Part shown: positions 26,673 through 39,905 of the stretch, piece by piece
Layout of the letters: every line of letters starts with the position of its first letter
How positions within the stretch are numbered: the stretch's first letter is position 1
Source: Iphione sp. A-MEVVRFRX5
Lineage: Eukaryota
Assembly: GCA_976226885.1 (NCBI GenBank)
Contig: OZ320316.1
Coordinates: forward strand, 37,200,001 to 37,264,000
Reading direction: 5' to 3'
Length of the DNA: 64,000 bases
Notes under the pieces: generated by a model
Told to the model about the DNA's origin: nothing
What the model saw: only the letters and a program-made list of their open reading frames with translations
Database searches by the model: none
Program-made: the position numbers and the translations under genes

Positions 26673-29600
26673 CCATTATCGCCTACCCGCGCGACTCCGA
26701 CGAAACCTTACCCGTCCTTTTTCGAAAAGCCATCGGGCGTTATGACCGAACGACGGGGGCGAGGGCGTCCGTTCATGAGGGTCAACGTGCGTGTTTGTTA
26801 CTGCGTGGGGAATGGGTTTGGAAAGGGGGTGAGGTGGATGTTAGCCTCTGGGCAAGCGGAAATCAAGGTGGGCTACCGTTCCTTGACCATCAGTGAATGA
26901 TCCGGGTGAAGGGAAAGTGGCCACGACAGAGAGCGAGGGCACATGAGGGGCTGGGGGCAGCTGACGTGAAAGGGGAGCCGCAAGTCGGGATCGATGCGCC
27001 CGACGTCGAGCTTTCCAAACAGTGCCATCGGTCACGTTAGCAATGCAACACCTTGAAATATAGGGAAAGCATGCACTAACGCGCGGCGGAGCTACCATAC
27101 ACAACACTCGCAGAGGACGTCTGATCCAGCCCCGATTCATTTTACTTCTTACGGAGCTGCTCCCCGCATTGCTCCTTGGCTAGCCCTGGGCTACCAGAGG
27201 CGTCGTTCTGTCATGTCACGCAGCTATGTAAACGGACCCCGGAGCGGCCAGCGCAGCACACGAGCCTATCCTCGTGTTGTCGATGCTGAATTCGAACCTT
27301 TCTCACTACATATGGACAGAGTATTCCATATGGTACAGAAGAAAAGGAGAACGTCTACATGACAGGGTGCAGGTTCCGTGACTCTATCAGGTGGCAATGT
27401 GGCCTGTTTTATTTTTTACCTGCATTGGTGTCCATGTGTGTTCATCTGTGTTCGTCTGCATTCATCTGCATTTCTATTGAATCAGTGATTAGCAGTGTGG
27501 GGGTGTTCCTTACATGTGGGTGCGGGAGGTGTGCATTGCTCTTTTTTGGACCAGGTCCGATAACTTTCATGCACACGCACACTAACACACAGTAGCATAG
27601 AGAGATGAGGATTTTTAGCTGGATAGACACTAATATAGAATAGATGACATGAAATTTTATCTAATTTGCATATAATTTGCATTGAAAAAACTTGCTCAGA
27701 ATTCTTTGCAATCAGCACAAAAACACACAGTTTGAACACAACTGGGCAGAATTCTTTCCAAAGAGCAAAAAAAATGCAGTTTTAACAGAATCAGGCACAA
27801 TTCTATGTGATCAGCACATACTCTCTCTGTTCTCTCTCTCCTTCATTTTCCCATCTGCTTCCTGCAGGTGTAGAATACCACTGTGCAGGAGACTGAAGGA
27901 GATTGTGTGTGTGTGGGGGGGAATGCAGACCAACATATATAAATGTCTCCCACACCTCTCTGCACTCTACCGCTTGAATGTAAAACCAGGCCTAAGAGGA
28001 ATGAATATGAGCAACCCTGAGCGCATTAACAAGAGACCTTTCATGAAATGACTGCCATCTTGTCTTATATTTAGTTTGAGAAAACTACGTTTCTGGAGTG
28101 ATATAAACCCGAGATGGACATAAACCCGATATGGATCACTCTAAGTTACTGAGTGAAAAGACGAACATGTTTACTGCTGCCGCAAAAAACACCCTGGGAA
28201 TGAAAACTAAATATCAATTTGCTTCTGGATACAATTAGGAGAAGATGCTGTATATCTACTATTCGGCTCTTATGAATTGGCGTCAGAAAATGAAATACGC
28301 CACGCGGTTCCTCGAAGAAATACGTGAACAGATACTTTGATCTTCTAATGATTCTTATTATCTCCCATACTACAGAAGAATCAAGTGGAAAAAAATATAT
28401 TAGGTGTTTTAGGAAAGACTACTTAATGGATTTGAAGATGATTATGAGTAGTTTTCTAGCAAAAATTAGTCTTGTGACTAATTATCAAGTATAAATACAT
28501 GTAAGGTATATCGGCCCTTTTCATACGGTTATCTCTGACCAAAAACTGCTGTGTCTGTTTGACATTTTGGAGCAAAGCAACAACCGTGCAATGATCCCGA
28601 AGACCATGACTATTTTTATTGTAACAGTCTGATGTCGCGGATTAAAATATCCTATAAAGTGTAACATAATGAATCCTCCGCGCTGTAGGGATTCCCTTAG
28701 GTAATCCTCTTAGAGATGTAAGGTATGGGCATTAGTTCCTTGATAACTTTGACTTCAAGCGCCAGTACTTATGCTCTGGTCCATTCAGGTGATGGTGGGT
28801 CGCAACACTCCAGCAGTGTACTCTATTAGCTAACAAGAACTACTTTTCTCGCTAGCCTTCTCTCTATTCTTCTAATGTATCGAACACTGGCTTTATACTT
28901 CTTTGCATCCGGAGATCTTATGACTTAAGAACATGTGTTTCATTAATGTGCGTTTCTAATAGAGAGGATGAAGATTAAGATGCTTTAGATATAGATTATT
29001 ACCTTCTAGAGAGGGGTACGATTACTTAGTCATTGCTTGTGCTCCATCTTGTTGTAGGTTGCCTTTCTTTGTCGAAATGTGAGGCATTAGCAAGTTTCTA
29101 AAAAGAAACTGTGTCTCTTTTCATGGAAATAGGAGAATACCTGACGTATTCACAGATTTTTAAAAATAATATACCGGACCTGTAATGGTCACTTCGGCCG
29201 CAGATGACGTGATGCACACTTCTTTCATTGGTTGCAATGTCATTCATTTTCTAAATTACAACCAATTAATTACCTATCACGGCGGAAGCTTGGCACGAGG
29301 TGTGTGTAATTACCTGGTGGCCACTAACGGATAAATGCAATTCCCCGAAAGCAAAGCATGGTGTGTCGGATAATATACATAGTATGCACCGTCCAACGTA
29401 GACTACTAACTTGCTGTTCTCTACGGTCCAAAAAGGAATTCCAAAAACGATAATTACATTCATGTTATTCGACGACATCGGGCAGAAGGAGTTTATCTAT
29501 AAGGTTAAATTTCCAAGTATCCATGTGTGCATATTCCTTGCCTATCCGTACGAACGTTTGTAAAGATATTAGTGAGAAACATAGGCAGCTGTATATCACT

Positions 29601-31689
29601 ACGTACATTGATTACAGATGAAGCTGTGTGTATACAGAGAATATATGTAGGTATGCACGTATGCATGCATACATGAATGTAAGTATGATTAATTTTTGCC
29701 AGATGTGGATAAATCTGGCAGAGAAGGTGTGGAGTTTGTGTAATTTGTGCCGCTCGTGCATAATTTGTGCCCTTTTTAATATAAATTTCTAACAGAAACA
29801 TCTTACTGACGGATGGATGCTAACCGATACATCTTACATATGCATCTGTATCGCTCCTTTATGTACTTCTGTCATAAACACGGACATAATCCTCAGTGAA
29901 AAACGGGAGAGTTCCCAATCGTGCACATGGTCCATGTTTTATCTTTAGAAGCACATGCACATGAAGTCACTACAGCAAATAAGAATAGGAACCCAAAACA
30001 CGATATCATGGGTCTAAAACTCGGACCAGAATGGGCACATGGAAATGTAGCCTAAGGCAAGTTCATAACTGGACTAGGCATCTTTCTGCACGGAAGACTC
30101 AGCATGCCTCCATTTTCTGTGGTGAGCTAAGCCCCTATTGTAGAAGGTACCGACGAAGTGCACCGACTTGCACCAGCTGCTTATGACAAGAATGTTTGAA
30201 GGCTCTTGAAGTGATCGTTACTTCTAATCGATGGACCGCCTACCTCCAACCGCTAAGTCTATTGAAGGCAACTGATTGTTCACTGTGCGACAGGGGACAC
30301 AGCGGGTCGTATTGATCAACTGTTAGCAACGATAAGTAACCGAGGAAACGTTATATAAGAGTCACAATACGAGCAGAGCAGGGGATATATTTGGATATAT
30401 TGGTCATTGATACAGTATTCAAGTGAAATATTATCGTCACGTGTTCTGTGTGAAAGGCCTAAGATTGGAACTCGGGCAATGAAGGTAAACAATAATTGAG
30501 ACTATTCCGTTATGTTTTCAAGATGTAAAAACTCTTCAAAGCTCTGCGAACCTAGAAACCGACGTCAGCGTGTATTGCACGTTTCTTCTCGTCTCATCGC
30601 CCCACTAATGGCGATACAATGTCATCGTTTCAGCCTTGGTTTTCAAACGTGTTCATGAAAAGTCTAGCCGCAGGCTACAAGTTTGATTAAGGCTTGTCCC
30701 CATGCTCTCTCATTAGGCGCTATTTATTCCATAAGCTGCTCCCATTAGCACTGTGCTGCCTAGAAGCCAGCTCTCAACACTTGGTTGGATTACCTGGCTG
30801 TAGCCTCTGGCTTTTCACCCACAACCCACCTGCACATTGCATCGGGTCCGCGGAGAATTTCTCAGGTGAAAGTGGTAGCGCCGAACGATCCGACAACTAA
30901 GCCACTTTTGAGTTTCACGCGAGTAGCTCATCCCTCAAACTATAAATCTACACATGTGGTTTAGCATAGATGCCAACGTAGTGCTCCCAGCAGGAGCAGT
31001 TATAAACGAGGGGTTGGAACCGCCTACCGATCAAGGCACGAGAAACTCAGCTCGTAGGCCATCCCCAAGATGGTAGGGTAGCGTGAGCAACTCACCCATG
31101 TACTATATTCGTGTATTTATATTAGCGACCATAAAAGGGACGGGCATCTGCCCTTGACTAATGACTCTGTTCAGGTGAGCTTCTAACGTTTTGTGGGACT
31201 TTTTGTGGGGGGACAGCATATTTCACGCGGAGTTTCAGAGAAGCCGGATTTTTACACTTCGGCTAGAGCTAGAGTTACTACTTAAAGGATGATTAAAAGT
31301 ATCGTCTCGATCACAAGTGTTTTAAGATGTGAATCGATCTCATGTCCTTTTCTTCGAAGAAAACATGTTTGCATGTTTTCTGGTTCATCCACACCTTCAC
31401 AGTCTTCGCTAGAATGGGAGTTTTATGTGGAGGGGGTTTTCATTATCGTCATATTTCGCTCCTTATGGGTAGTGCTAAATGCTTAGTGTTCAATGTCAAT
31501 TTTTGTCTGCGACTAGCACCTAATTAATACAACAGTGTGGGTCCCGGTACAGGTATAGATTGTGATGGACAAGGTAGGTCATACGACATTTTCCTAGTAG
31601 CCGCTGGAACGTTGACATTTCGCCATTATACTCCCCGTGCCTGCCACAAATCCTCCTAACCGTCCTCACTTTGCCTACTATAACTTCCA

Positions 31690-31835
31690 GTGACGTGGCA
31701 CCGAGGTCACATGACTTCCGCACCCGGCCGCGGCTTCCGTTGCTGATTGGCTAATGGCCTGTCACGTGGCGTCACGTCACGCCGGCAGAATCTCGCCACA
31801 CGTGATACTTGATTAGTTTCGAGTGACGTGATTGG
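31690..31835. promoter_or_regulatory. Dense promoter/enhancer-like motif cluster (E-box, CRE/UPRE-like, CCAAT, ETS)
   Basis: TGACGTGG 31691, GTCACATGAC 31706, CTTCCG x2, ATTGG x2, CACGTG at 31763 and 31799, TGACGTGA 31824, all within ~150 bp of CpG-rich DNA. No linked gene identified. Confidence 0.4.
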
Positions 31836-33110
31836 TCCGCGGGGTGTGGAGTGAGATGTCACTTGTTATTGTGTCGTCGCGGTATTTAATTCAGATGAGC
31901 ACCATGCTGATACCTGCCTTTGCACCTTTCCATTTCCTCAGCGCGCCGAGCTAGTTTACAGCTCGATCTATCTTAATACAACTTCAAACTACAAGAGATC
32001 GAGTCAACAGGAAAGGCCGATAACAAGCCTCCCCTCCTCTTTGAACCGCCTGTGCCATGGATTCCTCGTTGTTGACCACATTGGCGATTCATTCCACAGC
32101 AGGGTACCTTGTACTACACGCTCTCCTACCATTGTTCTCCGTTAAATCCTAGCGCCGTCCTGGCACTTTGAGCTATTTCTTTTTCCTTACGCCCATCGAC
32201 TCTGTGGGTGGGTTGGCGATTACGCGGGCAGAGGACCTAAATCAAAGCGTTAGCTCGACCTGTGAAGAATTTCGCGGTGGAGAGAAGCACATCAATCGAT
32301 CTCTATCTGCATGGCGTCAAATGCGGCCCACGCTTCGAGGGTTCTTCAGTTCAGGCCACTCATTGTCAGAGCATGGGAGCAAACAGCCCTGGAGGAGTGG
32401 ACGCTGGAGGTGTGATCCCTGCCTTCAGGAGGAGGAGCAACCTGAGGGCAAAATAATCTCTGCCCTATGGGTGCACTAAAGCCTTCGGACAAAGGCGGCC
32501 GATATCTAAGCACTGGAAGTAATTGGGTTCTGTCGAAGAAGTAATCACTAAGTTTGCCTTCATAGGTCAACAACTTCGACCCTGACTCCGCCCGACCCTT
32601 TTGGTGCACCGGATTGCCTTTCGTCGCTCCTAAAAGATGTTTATCGATTTCCCAAGTTTATCTTATCTGAATCATCCTGTTTAGCTTTGTCGATATATAA
32701 AGCTCTTCTGGCCTCATTGATTGCAGTCACTGAGGTATAAAAACAGGGGTAATTCAATCAAAAGTATACATTGGTTTTGTGTGATGTGCACGTAAACCGT
32801 TTGGACAGCAGAAGTAGCATGCCACTGATATTTTTGTTGCTCCACTGTATTCTTCTTCCCTTTTAAGCTTTAACCAGCCAACAGATGACATTACAGACGA
32901 TATGTACACAGACGTGCTCATGTGAAGTGATGTTAAAAGGCATAGGATGATCACCTCCGACGATCCGGAATGAGTCTCTACTGTGTCATATTTTATCTCA
33001 ATTTAAAATCTCAATCGGTAGTTCAGGATATGTCTCCTATCCTACAACGATATAGAATTCTTAGAATAAAGATCCATAATATCTGCCTTGATGATTTAGT
33101 AGAGAGGAAT

Positions 33111-33470
33111 GGGTGGGGAGTTAGCTCAGTGGTAGAGCACTGGTGCACTAACTGAGAGGTCGCAGGTTCAATCCTGGGCCTGGGACTCATGATCATGACC
33201 AGACAGATTTACTGTAGCCCCAACCCAGAGTGGTCCTCAACTTGTAAAATGGCTGTGGGTGTATAGGATTCTGTCCCCTATGCACAAAAAGACCCCAGAA
33301 ACCTATTCGAAATAAGAGTAGGGGGCAACCCTGGGTATCCTAGTCTCTCAGTTCTCAACAATAGATGGTAGTATGCTACCCCAGGAGGATATGGAAGATC
33401 CCTGTTGTATGATAGGTGAATATATTCCTGGTAAAAGATACAATGAAATGAAATGGAAATGAAAATGAAA
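33111..33470 (+). mobile_element. tRNA-derived SINE with Nin/Deu-like central domain and (GAAAT)n tail
   Basis: Pol III A box TAGCTCAGTGG (33122) and B box GGTTCAATCC (33165), but no intact acceptor stem. Central AAAGACCCCAGAAACCTATTCGAAATAAGAGTAGGGGGCAACCCTGGGT resembles the Nin/Deu SINE core as I recall it. Ends in gaaatgaaatggaaatgaaaatgaaa. Confidence 0.8.
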
Positions 33471-36400
33471 TATGTAAGGAGGCGAAAGAAGTGCAGGATA
33501 TTACGGTATTACGGATAGGCCAATGCAATGCAAATTCGATCAAAACATGCCAGAACATGAACTAGAAAGGGTTGATAGGAGGATACAGATCAAAGAAGTA
33601 CAGAAGCCTTACACAGTGTTATAAAAGGTCAGTGTACTTTAAGTTTTGCAAGGTATAGGAAAATACTCTCTGTATGCGAAACACACTATGATGGAAATAG
33701 CTTCAGGAAAATATTACAACGGGGGGGGGAGGGATGGAAGACATACACTGTTGAAGGGTGTTACCTTATGGAACTAGTAAAAATATTGTAAACACCAACT
33801 GGAGTAGAATCATGTAAATTGACATTCTTCTTTACAAATAATTATCTGTGCCAAGTGCGTCTGTAATACAAGGCAATATCTATATGGTATATCTCCTTTA
33901 TAAATATTTCCTAATAGAATACCGAATCCATACATACTGGACAAACAATACATATAATGTAGGCTTCCAATGTAAATGAAGCAATTAAAAAATCCTCAAA
34001 GCCAATGAAGGCATCACAGGGCTTTGGGGGCCCAGCGCCTTGTGTGGTTGTGTGCGTGTGTGTGAATGCGTGCGTGTGTACATGTGTTTGGGCAGGGGGG
34101 GCTTATGCGCTGTTCTGATGACCGCCGCCTAAGGGCCTAATGCGGCCGCCGCGATGCCCGACGACGCACAGGCCGCCTGCTGCCGCCCCTGAGCGACGCT
34201 CTAATGTAGACAGAGATTCTGCGTGTCACTTGGGGGCGCGGTGACACAGCAGACGTCGCATCCAGCATGACCCAGGCGCACGCCTTTTTCATGACCCAAT
34301 CCTCGGCGCTTGCGTCTGACAAGACTGGCTCTTACCGCCCAGCCTTCGGGGAATTGCAGTTTTTAAGCCTTCTGGCGCCCGAGGATCAAGGCCAGGGGGT
34401 AAAGGCCGGCGTGTGGGTCGCGATTTTGAAAGTTCTGACGATGACAGATGAACTAGTGTGACGTGGCCTAAGTGATAGATCACGTTCAGACAGCTAACTC
34501 CTCCAAGGTCATGTCGGGAGGATGAGGGTGAGACATCCCTGACATAGGTGTATGTGTAACTGACCAACGGCCCAACTCTCACACGCCAGACACGTCGTGT
34601 GGCCCAGTAATCAGGACCCTGTGATTAAAGACGTCCATTATTATGACTGGTAATGACAGCTTTGTGTCAACAGTCGATATGTCATTCTTGTCATGTCACC
34701 AGGGACATACCAGGCACTGTGCAAATGACGACGAAATTAAGCAACCATAAGCCACGCACAGTGACCATAGCCTACATGTATATGGCGAGAGGGATATTAA
34801 TAGGCAGTACCGGAAACAACTGCCACTCTTCTGCTGCCTCTGTCCAGCTCGTCAGAACGGACAAATATAATACGACATATTCATTATATACAACAAAAAA
34901 CGCTGCGAACAGAACATTTATCAAATATATGTTCTATGAAAACGTTTGGTACAAGAAAAAAGGCAAATCCATTGAGAAAAATAAAGATACAGATATAGAA
35001 AAGGCATGGGTGGCTATGGGCGGCCAGTTGCTTCGACGGAATCAGGAATCACGTTTCACGACAGAGGTATTTTCGAAATGACAGTATCACAGGATGGCAC
35101 CTAGCGGTTCTTCAAGAATAGATTTAAATGAAATATTACCGTAGCAAGGTTTTAATTAAAAAAAAACAAGAATTGTATGTTCCGGTGATATAAAACCACG
35201 TGGTAGATAGAGTGCACGGACTACATCTATAGTTAAAATACACATGCGAATTAACAGTGAGCACTTCACGAGTTCTGCACCTAGTTTTCCTTTTCTTATA
35301 GATCTAATAAAACATTAGGCAGAGAAAATTCATCAGGACCCGTTGAGCTGTCAATCCTTAAACGGTGACCAGACAATTATAGCTGACTAACTTTAGATTA
35401 GGTGGCGGTGAGATGCAATTGTGCAAAAGTAATCAGCATAGACGTAGACATTTAATCAATAGCTGGGTTAACTGTTGCACTGTCATCATGATGACAATAA
35501 AAATGTATCTCATCTGTGGTACTATGGTTCCCTTTAAAATCTGACCACAGTCGCTTCTCGAATTGTGCCACCAAAACTAGGACGGGAAAAAAACAAAATG
35601 AAGACTCTGAGTGGATGTACTTCCATTCGGTTTTAGCCCGAACGTTGTGGGGTTTTTTTTATTAGAGTCGCAATGAAAAAGTGGTTTGTGACGGTGTTGT
35701 TTAAAGTGTTTCCGAGGAGTTTGTGCCACACGTCGGTTCATACATCATGAACGGACACGGCCTGTGCCTGTGAGACAGGAGGAAAGGAGCTGGGGCCGCC
35801 CGAAGACACCACCAGCGTCGCCAGGGGAGAACAGCCAAGACAGATCGCCCTACGTCATGCCACGTATCCAACACATCTGAGCGGGCAGGTGGACATTTAA
35901 TACACCTAATAGACACCGTCTAATGATCGCTAATCACCCCAGTTGAGAGATTCAGGCCGGCCCGACCGACTAAATACAACGGCAGCGGCCGAACAGCTGG
36001 TGAATTAAACAGGAGTCCTCTCGGCATGGCACGTTCCCTTAAGAAAGGCGCAAACAGATCTTCGACAGCCGCCATTATTTAAATGCGGTTCTATACGCCG
36101 AGCCACACTTGGCGATCTGTGCATTTACATTTCAGCATATTGCAGCATGGGCAGCCAATATTTCATATAACCAGTCTTTGGTGGTCCCTATGTCAAGGCA
36201 ATAGAGCTTAATTAACGGCGCATGCCGATAACACTTCTCCAATGGGAACGTAATTTTAATGAGGCCAGCAAAAAGTACCCCCAAGAATTGATGTTCCCCC
36301 CTTTCTATCAATTACGGCAATAGTTTGTCCTTCTGTCTCGGTATGTTTCCTGCAGCGTTTATCCGTTTCTATTTTCGGAGTTTGTCCTTTCGCATTGGCC

Positions 36401-39400
36401 ATAGATTATGGAAATAAAGCGCAGGCTGAATCGAGACAAAATCCTGTAAGGATTTTTAGTTTGCATCCACGGGGCGTACTTGATTTATGCACACCTGCCT
36501 TTAACTTGAAGCACAATTTAATAAATAAACATGTACAGGGATTTGTTAAATGTATTAATCAAATATAGAGACGGTTTTATCTTTTAGGATTTATCCAATA
36601 TTCTATACATGTATATTGTTCTTAGATCAAAATCACAGAAACGAGAATGATGTGGGAAATTCATGTGTAATTTGACACAAGCCGCCCTAATTTTTCGCTC
36701 ACACATACATAACAATATAAAATTCATATTGCTATATCTATATATAAAAATACAGGTAAGAACTCGAAGAACCAGCCACGCTATTTAAGAGTGTTAGATA
36801 TGTGTGTTCTCTAGTCCTTCTGATTCGGAAACTATCGATTGAATCTCACGTGAAATGGTATGTCCCAAAAGGTGATTGCCTCAGGGTGAAGGTGGAAGAT
36901 GAACCACTATGACAGAGCCACAAGGTTTTCACAGTGGCACATCAAACAACGAAGCCACAGTTTTCAAAGAGTAAAAGTATAAACACGATGTGCAAGCCGA
37001 AACAGAGTATTCTATTTCAAATGACACTGAACGTGGCCAATCAATAATAGAAAGTAGAGTTAGGTAGGTGCAGGCCAGTATATACCTTATCACATACAAT
37101 TCCCTAAGGCCTTTATAACACATGGGCGGGGGCAGACATGGTAGTACGTAAACGGTACCTGTGCCTATAGGGCCCCTTTGGGAGCATCACACAGGCCACC
37201 CCAATTATGCCATACGTACTAACATCTACAAATCGCAAGGACCTTTGGGAAATTCGCCATATGCCTACGGGATTCTCGATGACGTCCCACGATGAGGGAG
37301 AGGGGGTGGTAGTGGAGTGTATGGGTGGGGAGGGAGACGTGGAGATACATGTAGTTCAGTGGACCATAGGATAGGCGAGAGGAGAGAGATATTCTATACA
37401 TAGTTATATTTAGAGAACATACATATATATGTATTCAAAATGAAGCAAGAGATTGTATAAATATGCTTGGCCTTTGTAGACATGAGTCTCATATGTAACC
37501 CCTATTCTACAATGTGAAACAGGACACTGGTCAATCGCTCTCTCCGTACGAAGCAAGTGAATCATGCGAGCATCACGTCCGTTTGGAGCGCATGTTCTGT
37601 AAAGGGCTATTCATCGGACGCCTTGCCCGGCAAACTCTGTTTGTACATACGATATTACAAACGTTTCGTTTGGTAATGTGTGAGTGGAATACGATCCTTG
37701 ATTTGTATTTGTGTAGAGATGTACGTGTCGAGGTTTCAGGTTTCCTCTTATGGGTTTGCACTTATTGTTTATATAACACCCTAATTGGCATATTCATACC
37801 GATCCTATCTCTATTGTCGAAGAAAAACAGGCGGGTCTATGCACATGTACACGTGCATACTCAGGCAGGTAGTATTTCACAACCATGAACATAACTAAGT
37901 TACTGGCGGTAGGAACGTTGCTCCTGAAAAGAATATGAGCTTATTTTATTGTACGACATGGCGCATAGATGATAGCTTCGTATAACTGAGCTGATTTCAT
38001 GCAGCAGGCAGACCCGATTCGTGATACAGCTCTATAAATATATCATGTGCACCGCCTTGAAATCGTAATAGGGTGTTAGAATTGTTCTCCGCAATGGATA
38101 TCTTCATGGTAGATTCCGCATGATGTTTCAAATCAACATGCATATGAAATGGTAACGGGAAGAAGCAGGTACAAGGTAGGAAAGACTTTGCGTTCATTAG
38201 TACCGACGTCACCAATGGAACAACAGCATTAACATACTGTATGCACGACAGCGCTAAGTGATAGCAGAAACAGTGGAGACCATCATTACCATCGAGCAGG
38301 GTGGGATAATTGTCTGCTATCAGGTAATTAAGACTAATTAATCTGACCTTTGTCTCCACGTCCAAGCAAAGCATCACTTGGTAGCGATCGTTCTATACCT
38401 ACTCAGAGAGGCTTAATATTAGCTGTTGGAAGATAATTGACCAGCAAAGTGGGTAAATCTAGAGACGTGTTAATGTAGCAAGTCCGACAAACAGAAGCTG
38501 AAGCGATTACTGAATGTGTGCGTGTTAGCTCTTGTTTAAAAAATTTCTATTAACCAGCGGTTCTTATTACATCTTCTATTGAAACTATCTCAGCTATGTC
38601 AGCTTAAGTCTGCCAAGATAGATTCACACTATAATGTGGGGAGTTATGTTAGAAGAGTGCAGGCACGCTAATTTAAGGTTAAACATCGTCTTGGACTGGC
38701 TGAGACCAACTACATTTCAACCAACGTACGGTGTAGATGTATGGGACCCTGTGCCTCATCTAGAGAAACTGGTACAACCCAGAATATTCTAACACCTAAT
38801 ATTATGGTGATGGATGCGCAGTATACTACACCAGGACCAAAAGAAAGTTCTCTTTATATCTGAATCTGAAATTACCTCCAATATGTTATGAACATACATG
38901 AATATGTATACATTGTATTTATAAATATATATTTAGAAACATGTATCTGTGTGATTTCATAAATGTGTATTTTAGCAGACATGTAGGCATGCGATAATAC
39001 TGAAGAAAATATATGTACTGTGCGTCAGTTCTTAGTTTAACTGTAAAAATGATACTGTCAAGACCTGCATAAAGTGCTACTTTGTGTAAGGAAAGCCTGT
39101 GCCCCTTAATGTGTTTTGCATGGAGCATTCGCCCACGCAGCGGTTGTATGTGAATTCCGGGATGCAAGGAGAAGATCTCTAACCGCAAGAAACTCACAGG
39201 CTCTCAGTATGAGGTAGCTTTAGTCACGGTGACGTCTTGGAGAGTTCATTCTACCAGACGGCAGTAATTACAGTGCACCTGAAGGCCCGCCTGACATATT
39301 GCTCCCTCCCTCTCCAATCTAGCCAGGTAAACGCCATCCTTCCCTCCGGCAAGGACATAATTAGTACTCAAAACACAGACCACCCACAAAAACCTTTCCC

Positions 39401-39635
39401 TGGTGTACACGGTGAAGAGATGTCCCAGCTTCACCCTGTGTCATTTACGAGCCAGAGTTATGGAGGTCCGACGAAATCATTTGCATCAGGAACATTTAGG
39501 ATATATACTATTAGCAGCAAACCTCTTGTTATTATCCAAAGACATATCGATACATATTGACCCTCGTTACACATTATACATTTAAAAAAAATCTCAAATA
39601 AACAAGAAAGTTTAAAGTGGAAAAGTGGCACTTAC

Positions 39636-39905
39636 CGCCTCTGGGGAGCGCCCCTGGCCATGAATCTTGTGGAAGTGTAGCCGCAGCCTGTCCTTTATAT
39701 CCTGGAGACATTGACAGTTGTCCTTGGGCACTCCGTGCTTTTCCATCAGCAGGAAGCCCTCCCATACCTCCTTCAGGCCGGTGACCTCCTCCAGGCTGAG
39801 TGCCCCGCCGGCACCGGTGCCGTGCAGACCGGCGCCGCTGGCCCGGCGACCTGGGCTCTGGAGGCGCTTGGGAGAGGAAAGGACGTTCTGTGGATAACCG
39901 GACAT
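39636..39905 (-). CDS. First coding exon (90 aa) of an uncharacterised gene divergent from the dynamin-kinase gene; carries a copy of the shared N-terminal module
   Basis: cacaccATG at 39905, then 270 nt open with GC-rich codons (MSGYPQNV...LSLEEVTGLKEVWEGFLLMEKHGVPKDNCQCLQDIKDRLRLHFHKIHGQGRSPEA), ending at a consensus phase-0 donor GCG|GTAAGT. Aligns without gaps to exon 1 of the + strand gene. Downstream exons not identified. Confidence 0.7.

Noticed and set aside
33111-33190. tRNA gene
   Set aside because: A and B boxes are present but the acceptor and anticodon stems do not pair, and the sequence continues into a SINE body and tail.
34336-34434. Candidate 99-nt phase 1-1 minus-strand exon (LSKSRPTRRPLPPGLDPRAPEGLKTAIPRRLG, GTAAGA donor)
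   Set aside because: Its phase does not join the phase-0 exon at 39636 without an intervening exon I could not find; low-complexity peptide.
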